The translations under genes and the position numbers were made by a program. Shown in pieces: positions 44,098 through 57,812 of a stretch of 64,000 bases of DNA. Within the stretch, counting starts at the first letter, position 1, and each line of letters opens with the position of its first letter. The notes under the pieces were generated by a model. The model did not search any database and was not told the origin of the DNA. It worked only from the letters and a program-made list of their open reading frames with translations. Source of the DNA: Monocercomonoides exilis PA203 (lineage: Eukaryota; Protista; Preaxostyla); contig LSRY02000035.1 in assembly GCA_001643675.2 (NCBI GenBank), positions 496,001 to 560,000 of the forward strand. Direction: 5' to 3'.

Positions 44098-45189
44098 ATT
44101 TTTTTGTAATTGGCTTGTGAATTTATTTCAAAATTTATTTGTTAAAAAATCTGTATGTTAAAAATATTTATTTTAATTTCGTGATCTCATTCTTCAAATT
44201 GAAAGCAAATCCTTTTTTCTTGTGAGAATGGGATTGTTGAAAATTTTGAATTCTTTGAATGTTTATTCTTTATTTTCTTTGAAATGAATTATCTTTATCG
44301 ATTATTTTGAAAGCATTATTTCTCCAATGTGTTTGCTCAAGTTTGTTCGATTTTTAATAATAGTTTATACAATGCAGATTAAGTTTGTTTGTTTGAATTG
44401 ACACACAGCTATTTTAAAATACCTCCACAAATGCACTTTTAACAACAATTTTCAAATCTGTTTAAAAATAGATAAATAATAAGTTGTAAGTTATTATGTG
44501 TTAATTTCACTTGCTAATATTGTAAGAAACAAAGATATAATCTCAAAATTGAAATCAATAATTTTCATAAGTGTGATTATTTTTGAAACAATTTTCTCTC
44601 ATGAAAATTCCAATTAAAGAGTTGACTTTTAATATAGATAAATGTCATCTGAAAAGTTGTTTCTCCTTGCAAAAAAAGTAATTTTTTTTTCAAAGTTGCA
44701 ACTCAAACATAGTTATTTAAAACATTTATCATGCTTTTTTCCTTTATTATGAATTATTCCTCTCCAAAGAAATAAAAGCTTCTCAGAATCCACACACCGA
44801 AAAAAGTTATGATTTCATAAATAATAACGTGAATATTTTCGAATTATTATTTTTGGGAAAAAACAGTAAACTTGGAGAATGCAGTTTGAGATTTATCTGT
44901 TTCACCTGCTCGTTTATCCAACAACAAAATTCATCATGATGTTTCTTAATTTTTATATATTATTGTAATGGATACTTCAAAATATCATCTTGAACAAGCT
45001 CAAATGCCAAAAGCAACGAGTTGATTTGGATATGAGGAGTTATTACAGAACGATGCTAAAAATTATCATTTCATTCTTCAATGAAAAATCATTATAAAAG
45101 AAAATATTTTTTCGTTGAAGGAAATTATAATAAATGACATTCTGTTAATTGTCCTGTTCATTTGTTTTAGTGAAAGTGAAAAATTTTGT

Positions 45190-45700
45190 TCGGAAATGTT
45201 GGAGACAAATTGGAACATTGTCACACATTGTTCATTTGAAATGAGGTGTGAAGGGATGAACATTATCAATCAGAATGAAACAGTTCTCTGATGCGAAAAG
45301 ATTTTGTTGGATTAAACTAATATGTGTTTCAAAGAAAAGAATACCATTGAGGAAAACTGATGTTACATATATGCATTTTCTGAATATTTGAAAAAAAAAT
45401 TGAAAAAAAAAGATTATCAGTGAAGACAGTTCAGATTATTCGGCTTTTCGATTGTCTTTCATCATTCAAAATCAAATATTTTTTCATTCAACAGTTATAT
45501 CTGTAGAATTGAATGTGTTATCATCTCTTTCTCGTCTTGGATACAATCATCATTCAGTGTGCCATTAAAGAAAATTTTTGAACGAAAAAACTCACGTGTG
45601 CACAAATACAATCGAAGGATTATAAAGTCAAATGATGAGATGTACACAATCCCATTAAAATCAAGAAAAATTTGTTGATGATTGACTTGCTTTTTTTGAT
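45190..45700 (+). mobile_element. Merlin/ISXO2 (IS1595-like) transposase relic
   Basis: 45488-45640 reads STVISVELNVLSSLSRLGYNHHSVCH*RKFLNEKTHVCTNTIEGL*SQMMR, compared with the family pattern SDxWxxY..L...GY.H..VNH...F......HTNTIEG.W. Upstream QIGTLSHIVHL near 45207 resembles IGG.G.IV.IDE. No TIRs found. Confidence 0.65.
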
Positions 45701-46525
45701 AATTAATAAGAGAAAGATTGTGTAATTCAATGAATTCGTGTCGAAAATTATTTTTCAAAAAGAAAAGCAAATAGAAGAAGCAAAAGCAGCAGAAGAAACA
45801 GAAGATAAAGAAGAAGAAATACCTGATGTGGATGATTTGATAATGTATTATGATAGTGAAAAAAGAGAATTCAAAAAGAATTACTTCCCTTGATAAATGA
45901 TTTATAAGGCGTTTTATGTCAAAATATTTTATCAAAAAAAGATCAAATATAAACAGAACACTTTTCCAATTGAAATTATCATTTTGCAATTAAATCCAAA
46001 TTCATGTTAACAAAACGATAAAAACAAAACAACCAAAGAAAACCGAAAATCTATTTTTATTTTGAGTCAGAGAGCTGTGGTTAAATCCTTCTTTGACGGA
46101 ATCTCTTTCTTCAAAGAGAAAATGTCTGAAATGCTCTTTTTGAAAAAACTGAAAAAATGGAAGAGTTAAAACACCTTTGTTTGTAAGAATGAAATGGCAT
46201 TTCACTTTGCATAACCATCTAACATATTGAACATATTCAATTCAATAAAAAAAAAAAAAGAAAAGACCTAACTTTCGATCTCATGAGAATTTGGTTTCAA
46301 ACAAAAATACCCATTTCCTCTTATTTGCTTTTGGCTAAATATAAACAAGTTGATATCATCAAAATACAAGCACATACATATAGACAAACAAATATTTTAA
46401 TAAACAGAAATAAACACCAAATCAAACACTCACCCTATACAGACAGAAGGAAGGGCATTAAAATTAAATTAAAAAAAAAAAAAAAATAAAGACAGATATG
46501 GTCAGGTCTTCGTCTTTGTCCATTT

Positions 46526-49500
46526 TTAATACTTCTGGGTGTCATTTATAACCTTGTATTGGCTTCGCTTCCTTTTCTTCAAAATGCAAACAAAAACAAT
46601 TGCTAAAATCGTCATTCCCGAAAGTCCAAAAAATACACTCACAGAAACAGAAATAATTATAATCTGAGTTGGTGTGAGTCTTTTCGGCTCACTTTCCGAA
46701 GGCTCATCTTTCTTTTGTTTCACCAAAATAAAATCATCAGTGCTACTCTTTTTGCCATTCTTCAGGCCATTGGGATATGAGAGCCGGCAGATCACCGATG
46801 TGTAGTCATCGACTTCAAGAATAGACTTCGGAATCTTCACTTTCATTTCAGTCTCGTTAACATATTCAGAAATGGGACAATCAATCCACTTCAGTTCTTC
46901 CCCTTTTCATTTTTTGGCTGCTTCAAATGTCAAGCTGCAAGGAAATAAATATTTGCCATACACAACAGCGATTGCAGTTTCTTCATCTTTATCATCACGA
47001 ATCTCATTTGCATTGCTCTGTTCCTCTTTTATCTGAGACACATTCGTCAAAACAGGAACAAAGAAAATAGAACCCAAATTCGTCACTGCGTCACCGCTCA
47101 CCCTCACTTCAGAAAGCATTCCAAAAGGTTTCCCGCCCATCCCATCACTTCCAGCTGCCAAGGAATTCACAGTAGTCCAACCCAATTTTTGATTTCCATA
47201 TTGAAGAATGTTATGATGCAAAGAAGGGAATTTCTTCCATTCATCGTCAGTTGCATGGTTATTCACAAAGCTGCAATTATAAATATTTAAAATAGAAGCT
47301 GTTGTCAAAATGGCACCTTCACTGATATTAGCAAACATGCAATCTTTGAAGTTCACTTGATAAGAATTATTAAAAAATATAAGCCCAGAATTCCAAGAGC
47401 ACAATGGATTGTTCTCTGAATTGCCTCCTCTATTCTCACATTCGTTCTCAAATAATCCATCTATCGTCAAACTGTTGGGTTTTTTGTTATTTTCATCGAT
47501 GCAATTCTGGCCCATGTCAGTCAAGTTACCATTTCTGCCATAAACAGCAAGTCGACTCATGTAGGCCATTCTATCCTCGGTCACAATAAGCTTAAAAGGA
47601 AGAAGATTTCCTTCCAACCTTGGCACGCTTTCTCCCTTCAGCCCAGCGTACCAAGGCCTGAACACAACATCAACAATCACAATATAACATCTTCCATAAA
47701 TAATATCCAGTGCATCTCCTTTGACTGCATCAGGATATTCAATGTCGATATGCTCGAAATTTAAATCTGAACGATTCGAGTGAAATACCCCCTTCAATTC
47801 TCCGGCTTTAATATTTGCACCAACATGAAGAATTCCGCGATTATTTTCTTTAACTGGAACTGGCAATGAACAATCATCTGCAGCAGATGAAAAGACAGTC
47901 TTCTCAACAAACAAACACGCTTCATCCACAGGAATAGATCCAACAACAAACATCGTATTCTGAACAAATTTTAGGATGTGATTCAGCCCAGTCTTTAGCA
48001 AATCACAAGGTTCTTCTCTATTTCCACAATTATCCCCATCGCTTGCTTTCTCTCCCCCAATATAAATATTCTTCGAGAAATACGGAAGCCTTTTTGCCTC
48101 ATCGTTCATGAGATCAACAATGTGATTCGCTCCGCCTGCTCTTCCTTCCAACAAAATAAAATTCGGCTTTCCATACATCTCTTCCATGTCAAACTTAAAC
48201 TTGTCTTTCTTTATTTGCTCATAGCCTGCTTCAAGGGACATAAATACATATTTTCCAACATCAGCCGTGCAATTTGAGAATGTTACCCTGTCCAACTCAA
48301 AATTTAATGCACCAATCACATCATTATTTGCATGGACATACACTGCTCCACCTTTTGATTCCTCATTTTGTTGCTTTTGCAATTCATTGCTTTGACAAGA
48401 ACAATTAGAAAAATCGGTTCCAATGATACGAGTGGAATCATTGATACTTTCAACCTCAACATACAAAACACCTCCCAATCTGTGCGCTAACGAGCCACAA
48501 TTTGAAAAGTTGGAGTCATGTATATACGCGAAATTGCAACCTCCCAATATTGTTATCACCGATTGTGCTGCGCTTGCTGTTGAAATTGCGTCAAATGAGG
48601 AAGAATATAAATAAAAGTGACACGACGCATCTGCAAATATCAGTGCAAAAGAGGAATGAAAATGCGAGATCCTAACATCCCACATACTTAATGCGCCCAA
48701 TTTGCATTCAATCAAAACACAATTCAGCACTTGCTCAGAATCTGCTGCAATAATAGTTGCTGTTTCAACTTCAAAAGATGCATCTTTTCCTTCAACAACA
48801 ACCAATCCCTGATTTCTGCCACTTGCACGTGTTGTATTCACATGAATCAAAACGTTTTTCACAGTAAAATTTCCATCGGTTCTTAAGTTAAATAATGCAT
48901 CCCCCTGCTGCACCTTCTTTTCATCCAATGCTGTGATTATTGTCACAATGCGATCGTCTCGATTTTTTATCTCGATATTCCGTCCTTCAATTGTGATTGG
49001 CTCAGTGTCGTATTTGTTGCTTTCTTCGCTGAGACACAGAATCATTGAACTTTTCTTTGAACATTTTTCCACCACTCTTTTGATTGTTTTACATGGAATT
49101 GACTCACGTATTCCGCATTCAGCGATGTCTTCCCCATATGCCCCGTCAAAGAACAATTCTTCTTTTTCTTCTTCTTCAAAACTGCTTTCGTTAACTGGAT
49201 TCCTACTGATGGCAAACGATGCTCCATTCTCCACCAAAGCATCCTCTGAATTTTCATAATTCTTGACATTTTCAAAATCATCCTCCAGTGGAATTCTTTT
49301 CGTTTTATCATCCAAAAAATAATCAGAACTTGTAATTCCTTTTCCCACAGCAGTGCGTTCTTCACATTCCAAAGCAAAATCTTGAATAACATTGCCTTCA
49401 CTTTCAGCGAGCTTTTTCTTTCCTTCGATGCCAAAAGGTGTCTTAGAAATATCATGAATAAATTCTTTGCTCAAATATTCTTTGTTGTTGCAATATTCAG

Positions 49501-49558
49501 TAGAAACTCCTTTCAACAACAGCACCAAATATAAAAACATCTTAAAAACAACTGCCAT
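46526..49558 (-). CDS. Type I membrane surface protein (Cys-rich, GG[A/V][V/L]Y, probable beta-helix) interrupted by one in-frame TGA at 46907-46909
   Basis: Signal-peptide-like N-terminus; CGIRESIPCKTI and CGNREEPC motifs; GGVLY and GGAVY. ORFs 46907..49558 and 46526..46846 share a frame (EAAKK*KGEELKWIDCPISEYVNETEMKV); TM helix, KKRKR and a short tail follow. May be a recent pseudogene. Confidence 0.75.
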
Positions 49559-49727
49559 CCAATATGAAGTTATAAGATTCGATTTTCAAAGAATAACAAA
49601 CAAGGATCCAATCTGATCCAATCGAAATGCCCATTAATTTGAAATCTTCAAAAATATTTATCTTTTGTCAATGAAAGGAATCGTTTTTATTTTCATATTC
49701 AATTAAATATTATTTTTGGTACGTTAA

Positions 49728-52062
49728 ATGCATTTCGATATTATATTGCTTGCTGTCATCGAAATCGACTTTCCCGTTAAATTCTGTGCAAAGACACCGA
49801 GCAAACTGGGCTCCTGCAAGACATAAAGAAAAAAGTCTGCGATGTGTTGAAAATGGGAGGCAAAGTATTTGAATTTCGCAGTGGCACCTGCTGGACATTT
49901 TCCTTTGCCAAGCCTCCTTGCGTAGATGCATCAATGGAGAAGCAAGAAAGTTTTGCACTCCCTTCAAAGGCATTAAACAGCGCAGCGTTCACTTCACAAT
50001 ATTCAACCAAATCAGCTGCTTCATCTCCATTTGCGTTTTTTTTTGCGCAATTGAAAGAAATGAAAGCAGCGGACACACAGGAAGGACAAAGCTCATTAAA
50101 CCATCAAGCCAACAATCGGATGTGAAAGCAATGAGTCCTCCGTTGAGTTTCTATACTGAAGGAAGTTCATTTCAATCAGATGCAAGTGCTGACAACTCTT
50201 TGCCAAAGCGAAAAGCACCAGGAATGTGCGTCGAATTCAGGGAAGAGGAGTCTCTGATCATGAAAGAAGGCACCAATTGAAAGGCTCGTTTTGATGAGCG
50301 TCGCTTTGGAGTGATCGAACCGCAAAAACAGATTTTTCTCAAAGAAGGAGCCATCGGAAGTGATTTGCAAATGATTACAAAGGAATCACCACAGCAAGAC
50401 GAGGTGACAAAAGACACGAGGCAGAGAGTTTTCCGATCGAAGCGGAAGACATGTTTACGGAAATGGAGGAATGAAGACGAGGCGTTTCACGCTGGAAGAA
50501 GCGAAAAGCCAGGTGAAGCACGCAGATGTGTGTGACGTGACAGCAGAGGAGATGGAGCGGTTTGAGAGGCAGCAGAAGAAGGTGAAGATGGTGATAGTTG
50601 CATTGAGATGAAATGGAAGGAAACGAAGGAGAGAGGAAGGAAGAGGAGGAAAAGAGACAAACAGGCAAAAGAATCAGAGATGACAGAGAGGTATGAAAGC
50701 GAAAGTGAAGAGTCATTTCAGCCATTTCCCAGAAGCCATGGGCCAAACTTGCTTCGATGGATCCAAAGTCCATTGAACATCGACAGGAATGAGCAGCCAA
50801 CAGAAGAGAACGACTCGCTTTTGTGTTTGTTTTCTATTCAGCCTTCGAGTGTTTCTTGTGATGAGAACGATGATGAGACAGCATTTCCTTCGATTGTTTC
50901 TGAAGACATTCCATCTTTCCCTTCTTTTGTCGCATTGCAACACGAATTATCCCAACCACCACAGCAATTTTTGTTCATATCGGCTGAATTGTTTTCTTCT
51001 GTTGGCAGCCCGCACAGCTCAGCTGAAAGCGAGGGACAAACATCTCAGCCGCTATTTGAAGCATCTGAAGTCGGACATTTGTCTGAGGCAGAAAATGACA
51101 GCAGTTCGAATTGCCTGAAGCAGATACCTTCAGTTAGACTGCAATTGTCTGCACATTTGGCACAGAACACTCTTGATTGGCTAAGCTCTTCGAATTCCTC
51201 AAATTCCTCAAATTCCTCAAATTCCTCAAATTCCTCGAGTTACTTGAAATTGTCTTGATTGCCGGCTGCCAGACACAATAATGCCAGTGGATGCTTTTGT
51301 GCCTTTTCTTCCGACAACACCTCCACCTTCTTTTACTCTGCCTTCCTTTGAGATGCTCTGTGTGCATTCAGAGAAAGAATGTCAAACACAACCAGTTCAG
51401 CCTCTGCTCTCTTCATCTTCATCATCGACATTTCCTTCTCCACATTCATCATATTGCCTTTTCTGTTATTCTGGTGTGCCTCCTTCAGAACCAACATCTT
51501 CGTTGTTCCGCAACACATCATTTTTCGAGTCATCAAACATTCAGCGTGGAATTCCTGCAACACACTCTTCTTGAACACTTGCTGCTCCGATTGTCTCATT
51601 GTCTGGTGCATCTGTGTTGTTACCGCCTCTGCAGGTGCCTCATCTGTCGAGACTAAAAATTGCGAGTGTTTCAGCAGAGCGTCGATTGCCTGGGGAGCTG
51701 CAACATTCAGCACAGGATCGACAGGAGATGGGAACGCCTTCTCTTCTCATTCATTGTCTGCCAAGCAAACACCACTTTTGCCGCTGAGCAGTCGCTGCAG
51801 CTGTGCTGTGTCAGAGTGTTTGTGTGGATGTGGCGGTTGTGCTGAGTGCTGCTCTGATTTGACTGGTCCGCTCTTTCCTGCTCCCAAAATGGTTATTCAG
51901 CTTCCGAAAATGCTTCCACCGCTTTTGGGGGCTGCATCACATTTACAAGGGAGAATAGAGAATGGCCTGGAAGAAAAGATTGCTGCCAAGGAGAGGTCAA
52001 GAAAAATGTCTGAAAGCACATGCTCTTTTCCCATTTCATTCGAGAAATTAGTTTCATTTTGA
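49728..52062 (+). pseudogene. Decayed or unidentified coding-like region
   Basis: Higher GC than flanks and a chain of short + strand ORFs in changing frames without clear AT-rich introns. No domain recognised. Confidence 0.35.
51192..51236 (+). repeat. 9-bp tandem repeat (AATTCCTCA) x5
   Basis: Direct reading; encodes NSS repeats in ORF 50608..51258. Confidence 0.85.
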
Positions 52063-52453
52063 CAGATCTCTTTCTTTCATTTTTCATTTTCAAATTGTTT
52101 TGCGTGAGCAGAGCGAAAAAGACTTAAAAAAAAATATTCATCTACCCTTTTTCAACAAAAACAAATTCTTTGCTTCTTTTTTTTCCCCGAAAATACGCAG
52201 AAATGATGGATGTTTCTCAATTATTTCATAACTAAGTGACTTCACAATTGAAATGAAAACAGCAACACAAAAAGAAAAATAAAAAACAATAAAATAATGA
52301 GGATATCTAATTGACTTCGCATTCTATTTGTTTTGTTGGTGCAATCACCTTTCCCCCTCCAAACGCTCAATTCCTCTGCTTTGGCCAATTGGGAAAGTTG
52401 GAAGGCACATTATTTGAGAATACCGTCTGATAGAACCAAACAGCAGGCAGCGC

Positions 52454-55400
52454 TCATTTGTGAGCTCGCTTTTGCGAATTGTATGCCATCTGGTTCAGCT
52501 TCAAAAGGCTCAAAACAACTTTTGGATTCGGCGACGTTGAGGGCGAGTATGTGTCAGCTTGCTGCTCGGATGAAGGAGGTGGAGGAGGCTCAAAAACATA
52601 TTTGTTGCCAACCCTTTCAGAATGCACCCCAGATGAATGGGAAGTTGGCTGAGGTGGAGAAGCAGATGGTGCTGCAGAGAGCAATGCCCGTGATTCAGGA
52701 GCAAAACATCTATTGGCTGATGAGTCTGCTGCTGCAGGAGCCGTCTTTCGAGGATGAAACGACGGAATTATCAGTTCATCTCCCAACATTCGTGGTGAAG
52801 CGGACGAATCATGCCTGGCCAACCCTTTGCTCCCTGTCATGCCCAACAATGCAGTCGAAGCCTCCGTTGCCTCTGCCCCTCCACCATTCCAGTCAATCCA
52901 GCGGTCGCTCTTGTGCTTGTGGAAAGGCGAGACGCGAACACGCTCCACCTCCATCAGCCTGCATTGGCTGCCATCTCCACCGAGAAAGACCCCGAAGCAC
53001 ACACACTGCGGAATATTCACCACCATCGCTGGCTGCCTCACCCTGTTCACATACATCAGAAGCGTCCCGTTTACCCCATTCACCTCAAGCGCCACCGTGT
53101 CGCCCTCTCCCCACCTTTCGCACCGACACCGCACAACACCATTCACCAGCACACGCCCGTCACACCCAAATGCAATCGACCCTTCGTCAAACCCAAACGG
53201 CCGGCTGCCACTCGTCTCCAAAGACTGTTCTGCCGAGCAGCAACGATCTGCCCAAGACCGCCGCGAATCAAAAAAGACTGTCTGAAAAGGCTGCTTCTTT
53301 TCCTTTCCTGTCAATTCACCTTCCAGCCCTCGCTGCTTAGCCTTGCCTGACTGAGCATTTTTACCTCGAAGAACAGATTCTGAACGATACTTCCATCCTT
53401 TCACACAAACACCGATGTGCGGCTTCCAAGCAATCTCCTGCTTTTTGTTCCAATATGCTTCTGTTTGGCAATCGCTTTCTTCGCTTGTCTCATCGCGGCT
53501 GCTGTCAGTTCCACTGGAGTCATCTTCCTTCTCGCTTTCCTTCTCGCTTTCGCTCGACCTGTCTTCCCCACTCCCCTCTGAGCTGTCATCATCCGAGTCT
53601 GAATAGCAGTCTCTTTCTGTGTCTTCTCTTCTTTTCTCGCTCGCTCCAGAGGCTGATCTTCGCCCAAAGGACGAATGCCCGCCTGTCCTGCGCCTGCCCA
53701 CAATTCGCTCCCCATAGCAATCACGAAGCTTTGAGATTTTCAGCTTGCACCTCCAAATCCCTCCACTCACCTCCTGCTTCACAAACAACATCACATTCTT
53801 CTCCTTCGCTCCCCGCTGCTCGGCCATCCCTTTGCTCCCACAAAACTGCCCTCCAAACGAGCCTTCAGTTTGCCTCTTCTCTTTCACAACTGCCATCTCC
53901 CGCAGCATCTCCAAAATCCCTACCCCTTCCTGTTCTTCGTCACCCTCCGCGATCGACTCTTCTTTCTCTTTCAGCTCCCGCTTCGCCTTCCTTTCCTGCG
54001 CCATCCGCTCTGCATCCACCCACCTCGCAACTGTTTGCGAGCGGATCAGCTGCACTGGCATGAACTCATCCAAGTTGTCTTTCGCAAACTGGCTCGCCTT
54101 TTCGCTCTGGCCCCACCGAACAGCTCTGCTCAATCGACGGCAAATAGTCTTGCCTACTGCATTCGGTAAAGATTGGCTCTTCTTCCCATCAGCTGCACAC
54201 GATTCATCTGATTTCGCTGATTGGACATGCACTGGAGAAGATAGAGAAGGAAGAGGAGGAGGTTGATAAAAGGGATCTTCATTTTGTCTTAGTGGCTGGC
54301 ATCGAACAAGCGTGCATTTCGAATCTTTTGCTCCCATCCCAACCTGAAAAATAACATCAATTCAAAACAAATAGAATAAAAAGAGACACACACACAAAAT
54401 AAGCACAAAAATGATTATTGAAAATATTCCATTTCACACAGCAATTTTTTTTTCTCATTCACAATTCCATGAGCAGAAAATAACATGAAAAAGATAGGAA
54501 AAAAATAATATTCATATTCGTTTGCTCATCCTTTTTGCACAATTGCTTTCTTTTCTCAGTTTCTCAAATAAAAAAAACAGCATAGTCCGTTTCTTCAGAC
54601 TGCACACCCCGACAATCACAGTGCTCGGCACATTCACAAAGCCCACTTTCTGCGCCACCCTGTTCCTGTAGAAGCAGATCTCCGACTTCGGCAGATCCAC
54701 AACCACAGAAACCTCGTCTCCTTCCCCAAACGCCTCGTTCCCTTCGACCAGCTGCTCCATGTGCCTGCACTTTCCGCTCGCCAAGTACGCTGCCGATGCT
54801 TCGCTGTCTCCAAACTGCGATGCAATCGGAGCTGCCAAAGGAAACTGCGACACCCCAACATACGGAACCCAACTCTGGATCCTCACATAATCTGCATACG
54901 CCTTCCGCTCCTCCTCTGTCAACGGTTCCATTCCTTCTCTGTGCTGGCTTCGATGGCTCGGAACATATGACGCTGTTTTTGTCTTGTCCTGCTTCGCTCT
55001 GCCAATCCTGCTGCTGATGCTGCTTCTGCTGAGGTTGCTGCTCGCAACAGACATCCTCTCTCTCCTCACGTTCTTCTCCAGCCGCTGCCCAAACGAGTCG
55101 AACCGCACCGTCACAATCCATCGGCACCCCCGCAGAGCAACGTCTGCCACCAGATTCATGTTCATGTGGTGGATCCATCTGCAGCTGCCTTCCTCAAACC
55201 CAAAATATCGCGTGTATTGTGTCTCTCCTTGCAGAATCGGCAGCAGCTCAGACGAAAGTGCGGCATGCACATTCGGCTGACGAGGCTGGGTGGAAGGCGA
55301 AGGTGCTCCTGATGCTGCGCGAGGACGGTATTTCATGCCAAGCATGAACCACTCGATCTCTCTTGCGTCTCTGTTCCAGATGCATGCGATGTCTGCGTAA

Positions 55401-57812
55401 CTCGGATGGAACTGCGACGAAGGAAGGCGGCAAAAGCGGAGTATTTCACATGTCGTGTTCCGTCGGCAGGCTCCAAACTGAAACAGGAATTGTCAAAGCC
55501 CAGTTCATTTAACATACACATTTTCACATACATAATTGAAGGCAAAACATCAAATCAAAAAAGATGAAAAAAGATGAAAAAAGATGAAGCAGATTTGAAA
55601 TAAAAAATGGCAAACACCAAAAACGAGTTTGGGCGGAACATCCACAAAAAACACAGCCTGGCGGCAGCCGTTCACATAAAACGAGACAATCCTTCTGTTC
55701 ATGTCTGCCTCAACTGCCACAACATCCCCACATTCCCAGCAAACGTTGCTCACAGCTGCCTCACATCAGTCGAAGGCATCAATCAACATATTCAGATGAA
55801 TGTTCGTTTTGATAGACACAACGCAAAATGAAGCATATACAAAAAATAAAAATTAAAAAAAAAATAAAAAAAAAATGCTCAATTTATACCATCACATTTC
55901 ACACCACAAAACAATAAAATGAAAAAATTAAACAAAAAACACACATTTCCCATCTTTCTGGATCCATCTGTTTCTGCTCTTCAGCATTCCATCTGCCCAA
56001 TACCCAGCACTTTGTCCTTCGTCCTCTCCAAACAGCACCGTTTCGCTTTCTCCGCCAGATTCACAGATGCCAATCACCATCCTCCTCTCCTTCTCGCTGC
56101 ATTCAACTTCCTCTGCCTCACCTACCTCACCCGCTCCACCTGCTGTGTGTTTGCAATCGCGCTCGCAAAGTCTGCGTATCCGCGTCTCAAACAGCCAAAC
56201 ACCTTCCCCAACCACTTCCTGCCCAATTGCCATCCAGTCGCCATCCTCCTTCCACACCGCTTTTGTCCCTCTGCTTTTCACAACAGGCGATTCTTTCGCT
56301 GCGTCACAGCCACAGCCACAACCACACACACAGTCACAGCCACAGTCACCCGAAGGCATGCTTGGCAGATCAGAAAGCCCATCGCTGCTTTTCTTTCTCT
56401 TTCCTCTTCTCCCAACACTGTCGTCGCTGCTCCTGCCCACAGCCCGAAAAACAGAGCTGCTGCTTTGTGCTTCTTTGTACGCCGATAGCAGCGACTCAAT
56501 TCCGCTCAGATGCACTTTCATTTCGGGGTTGTCCAGCATCTCTTCCACTCGCCTTAACTCCGCCTGTCTGTTGTGTTTCACCATTTGCACACACAAGTCA
56601 AAGATGAAAAACCAAAATGAAAAGAAGAAGAAGAAGAAGAAGAAATGAAGCAAACTCTCTGTTATTCGGCGCCTCTTTCACCTGATAGTTGCACTGCTTT
56701 ATCGTCTTCTTCACAAATTCGCATTTCAGAATCTCTTCGGTCTTCGGGCGCTTTTTGTAGTCCTGCCATCACAATTCATATGTTGCAAACAGAAACATCA
56801 GACAAAAGAAGGAAAAAGCCGCCACGTTCAGCAGCTGTTGCTCAAAGGCCTGCACACACCTCTTCAATCATCTGGTTGACAATTCGTCGGATTTCCTCCT
56901 CGTCGCACTTCAGCGGCTCAGCCACATTGAAAGGAACATCAAAGTACTCACAGCTCATGCAATCGTACGGCCGCTTGTTCATCAGCATCTCATACGCAAT
57001 CACCCCAAAAGAAAACACATCTGATTCATAACAGCAGCTTTCGTATGTGAAAATGGCTTATTCTTCAAAGTGTTTTGGAATTGGCATACTTGGCGTTTCT
57101 TCCAACTTCTGGTGCGCGATAGCACCTGAAACACATGCATTAGCAAGCAGCAGCAGCAGCAGTAATGCATGCACACACGCACACATCATCAAATAAAATA
57201 AAAAGCATCTGAGCAAATGGCACACTTTGTTCCAACATTCCCAAACACAAAACTTTGCCCATCTTTGATTTGCGCCAGCAGGCCCAGATCCCCGATTTTC
57301 ACCCTGCCCCCTTCTTGCAAAAATATGTTGTCCGGCTTCAAGTCCCTGTGCAGCATCCCCATCGAGTGCAGATAATGCAGCCCAAGCAGAATCTGCGTGA
57401 ACACTTGCTTGAACGTGTCCAGCTCCATCGCTTGTTGAGCATTCATGTTCTTCCGAATCACACTCCCCAGTGTCCCGCCATTGCAGTACTCCATGATGAG
57501 ATATGCGAGCATGTCTCCTGCTCCCTGCCACGCAAAGAACGTTTCGTGCATCTTCACGACAAACTCGCAGTCGATGCTTTTCGTCTCAAACAGCTCCGCC
57601 ATCTGCTCCTCCGTCAGCCTTCCCGATTTTATCTTCAGTATTTTCGCCACGTACTTTCGCCCGTCATCCTTGTTCGTCACAAGATACACGTCCCCAAACT
57701 CTCCTTTCCCAAGCATTTCCTCAATCCTGTCTTAAATCGCAAATAACATACCCAAATAACAAAAGAACACACAGTTTTCTACCACATCGTACGAGTCGTT
57801 GCTGGGCTCCAT
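52454..57812 (-). CDS. NEK-like Ser/Thr kinase fused to three SPRY/B30.2-like domains (about 9 exons)
   Basis: GKGEFG, YVAK, HRDLKPDN, KIGDLG, GTK|CYRAPE, SDVFSFG. Frame-consistent GT-AG introns (first at 57731-57772) link the kinase to exons with WECGDVVAVEADM..FYVNG.RQ, FGEGDEVSVVVDL..FYRNRVAQ and WGEGDTVALEVN..MYVNRVRQ. Confidence 0.8.

Noticed and set aside
46200-46909. Selenocysteine at the in-frame TGA
   Set aside because: The context (KK*KG) is not a redox motif, and I see no SECIS-like hairpin in the downstream AT-rich sequence. A SECISearch run would settle it.
51192-51236. Short tandem repeats as a CRISPR-like array
   Set aside because: 9-bp units without spacers in eukaryotic DNA; no cas genes.
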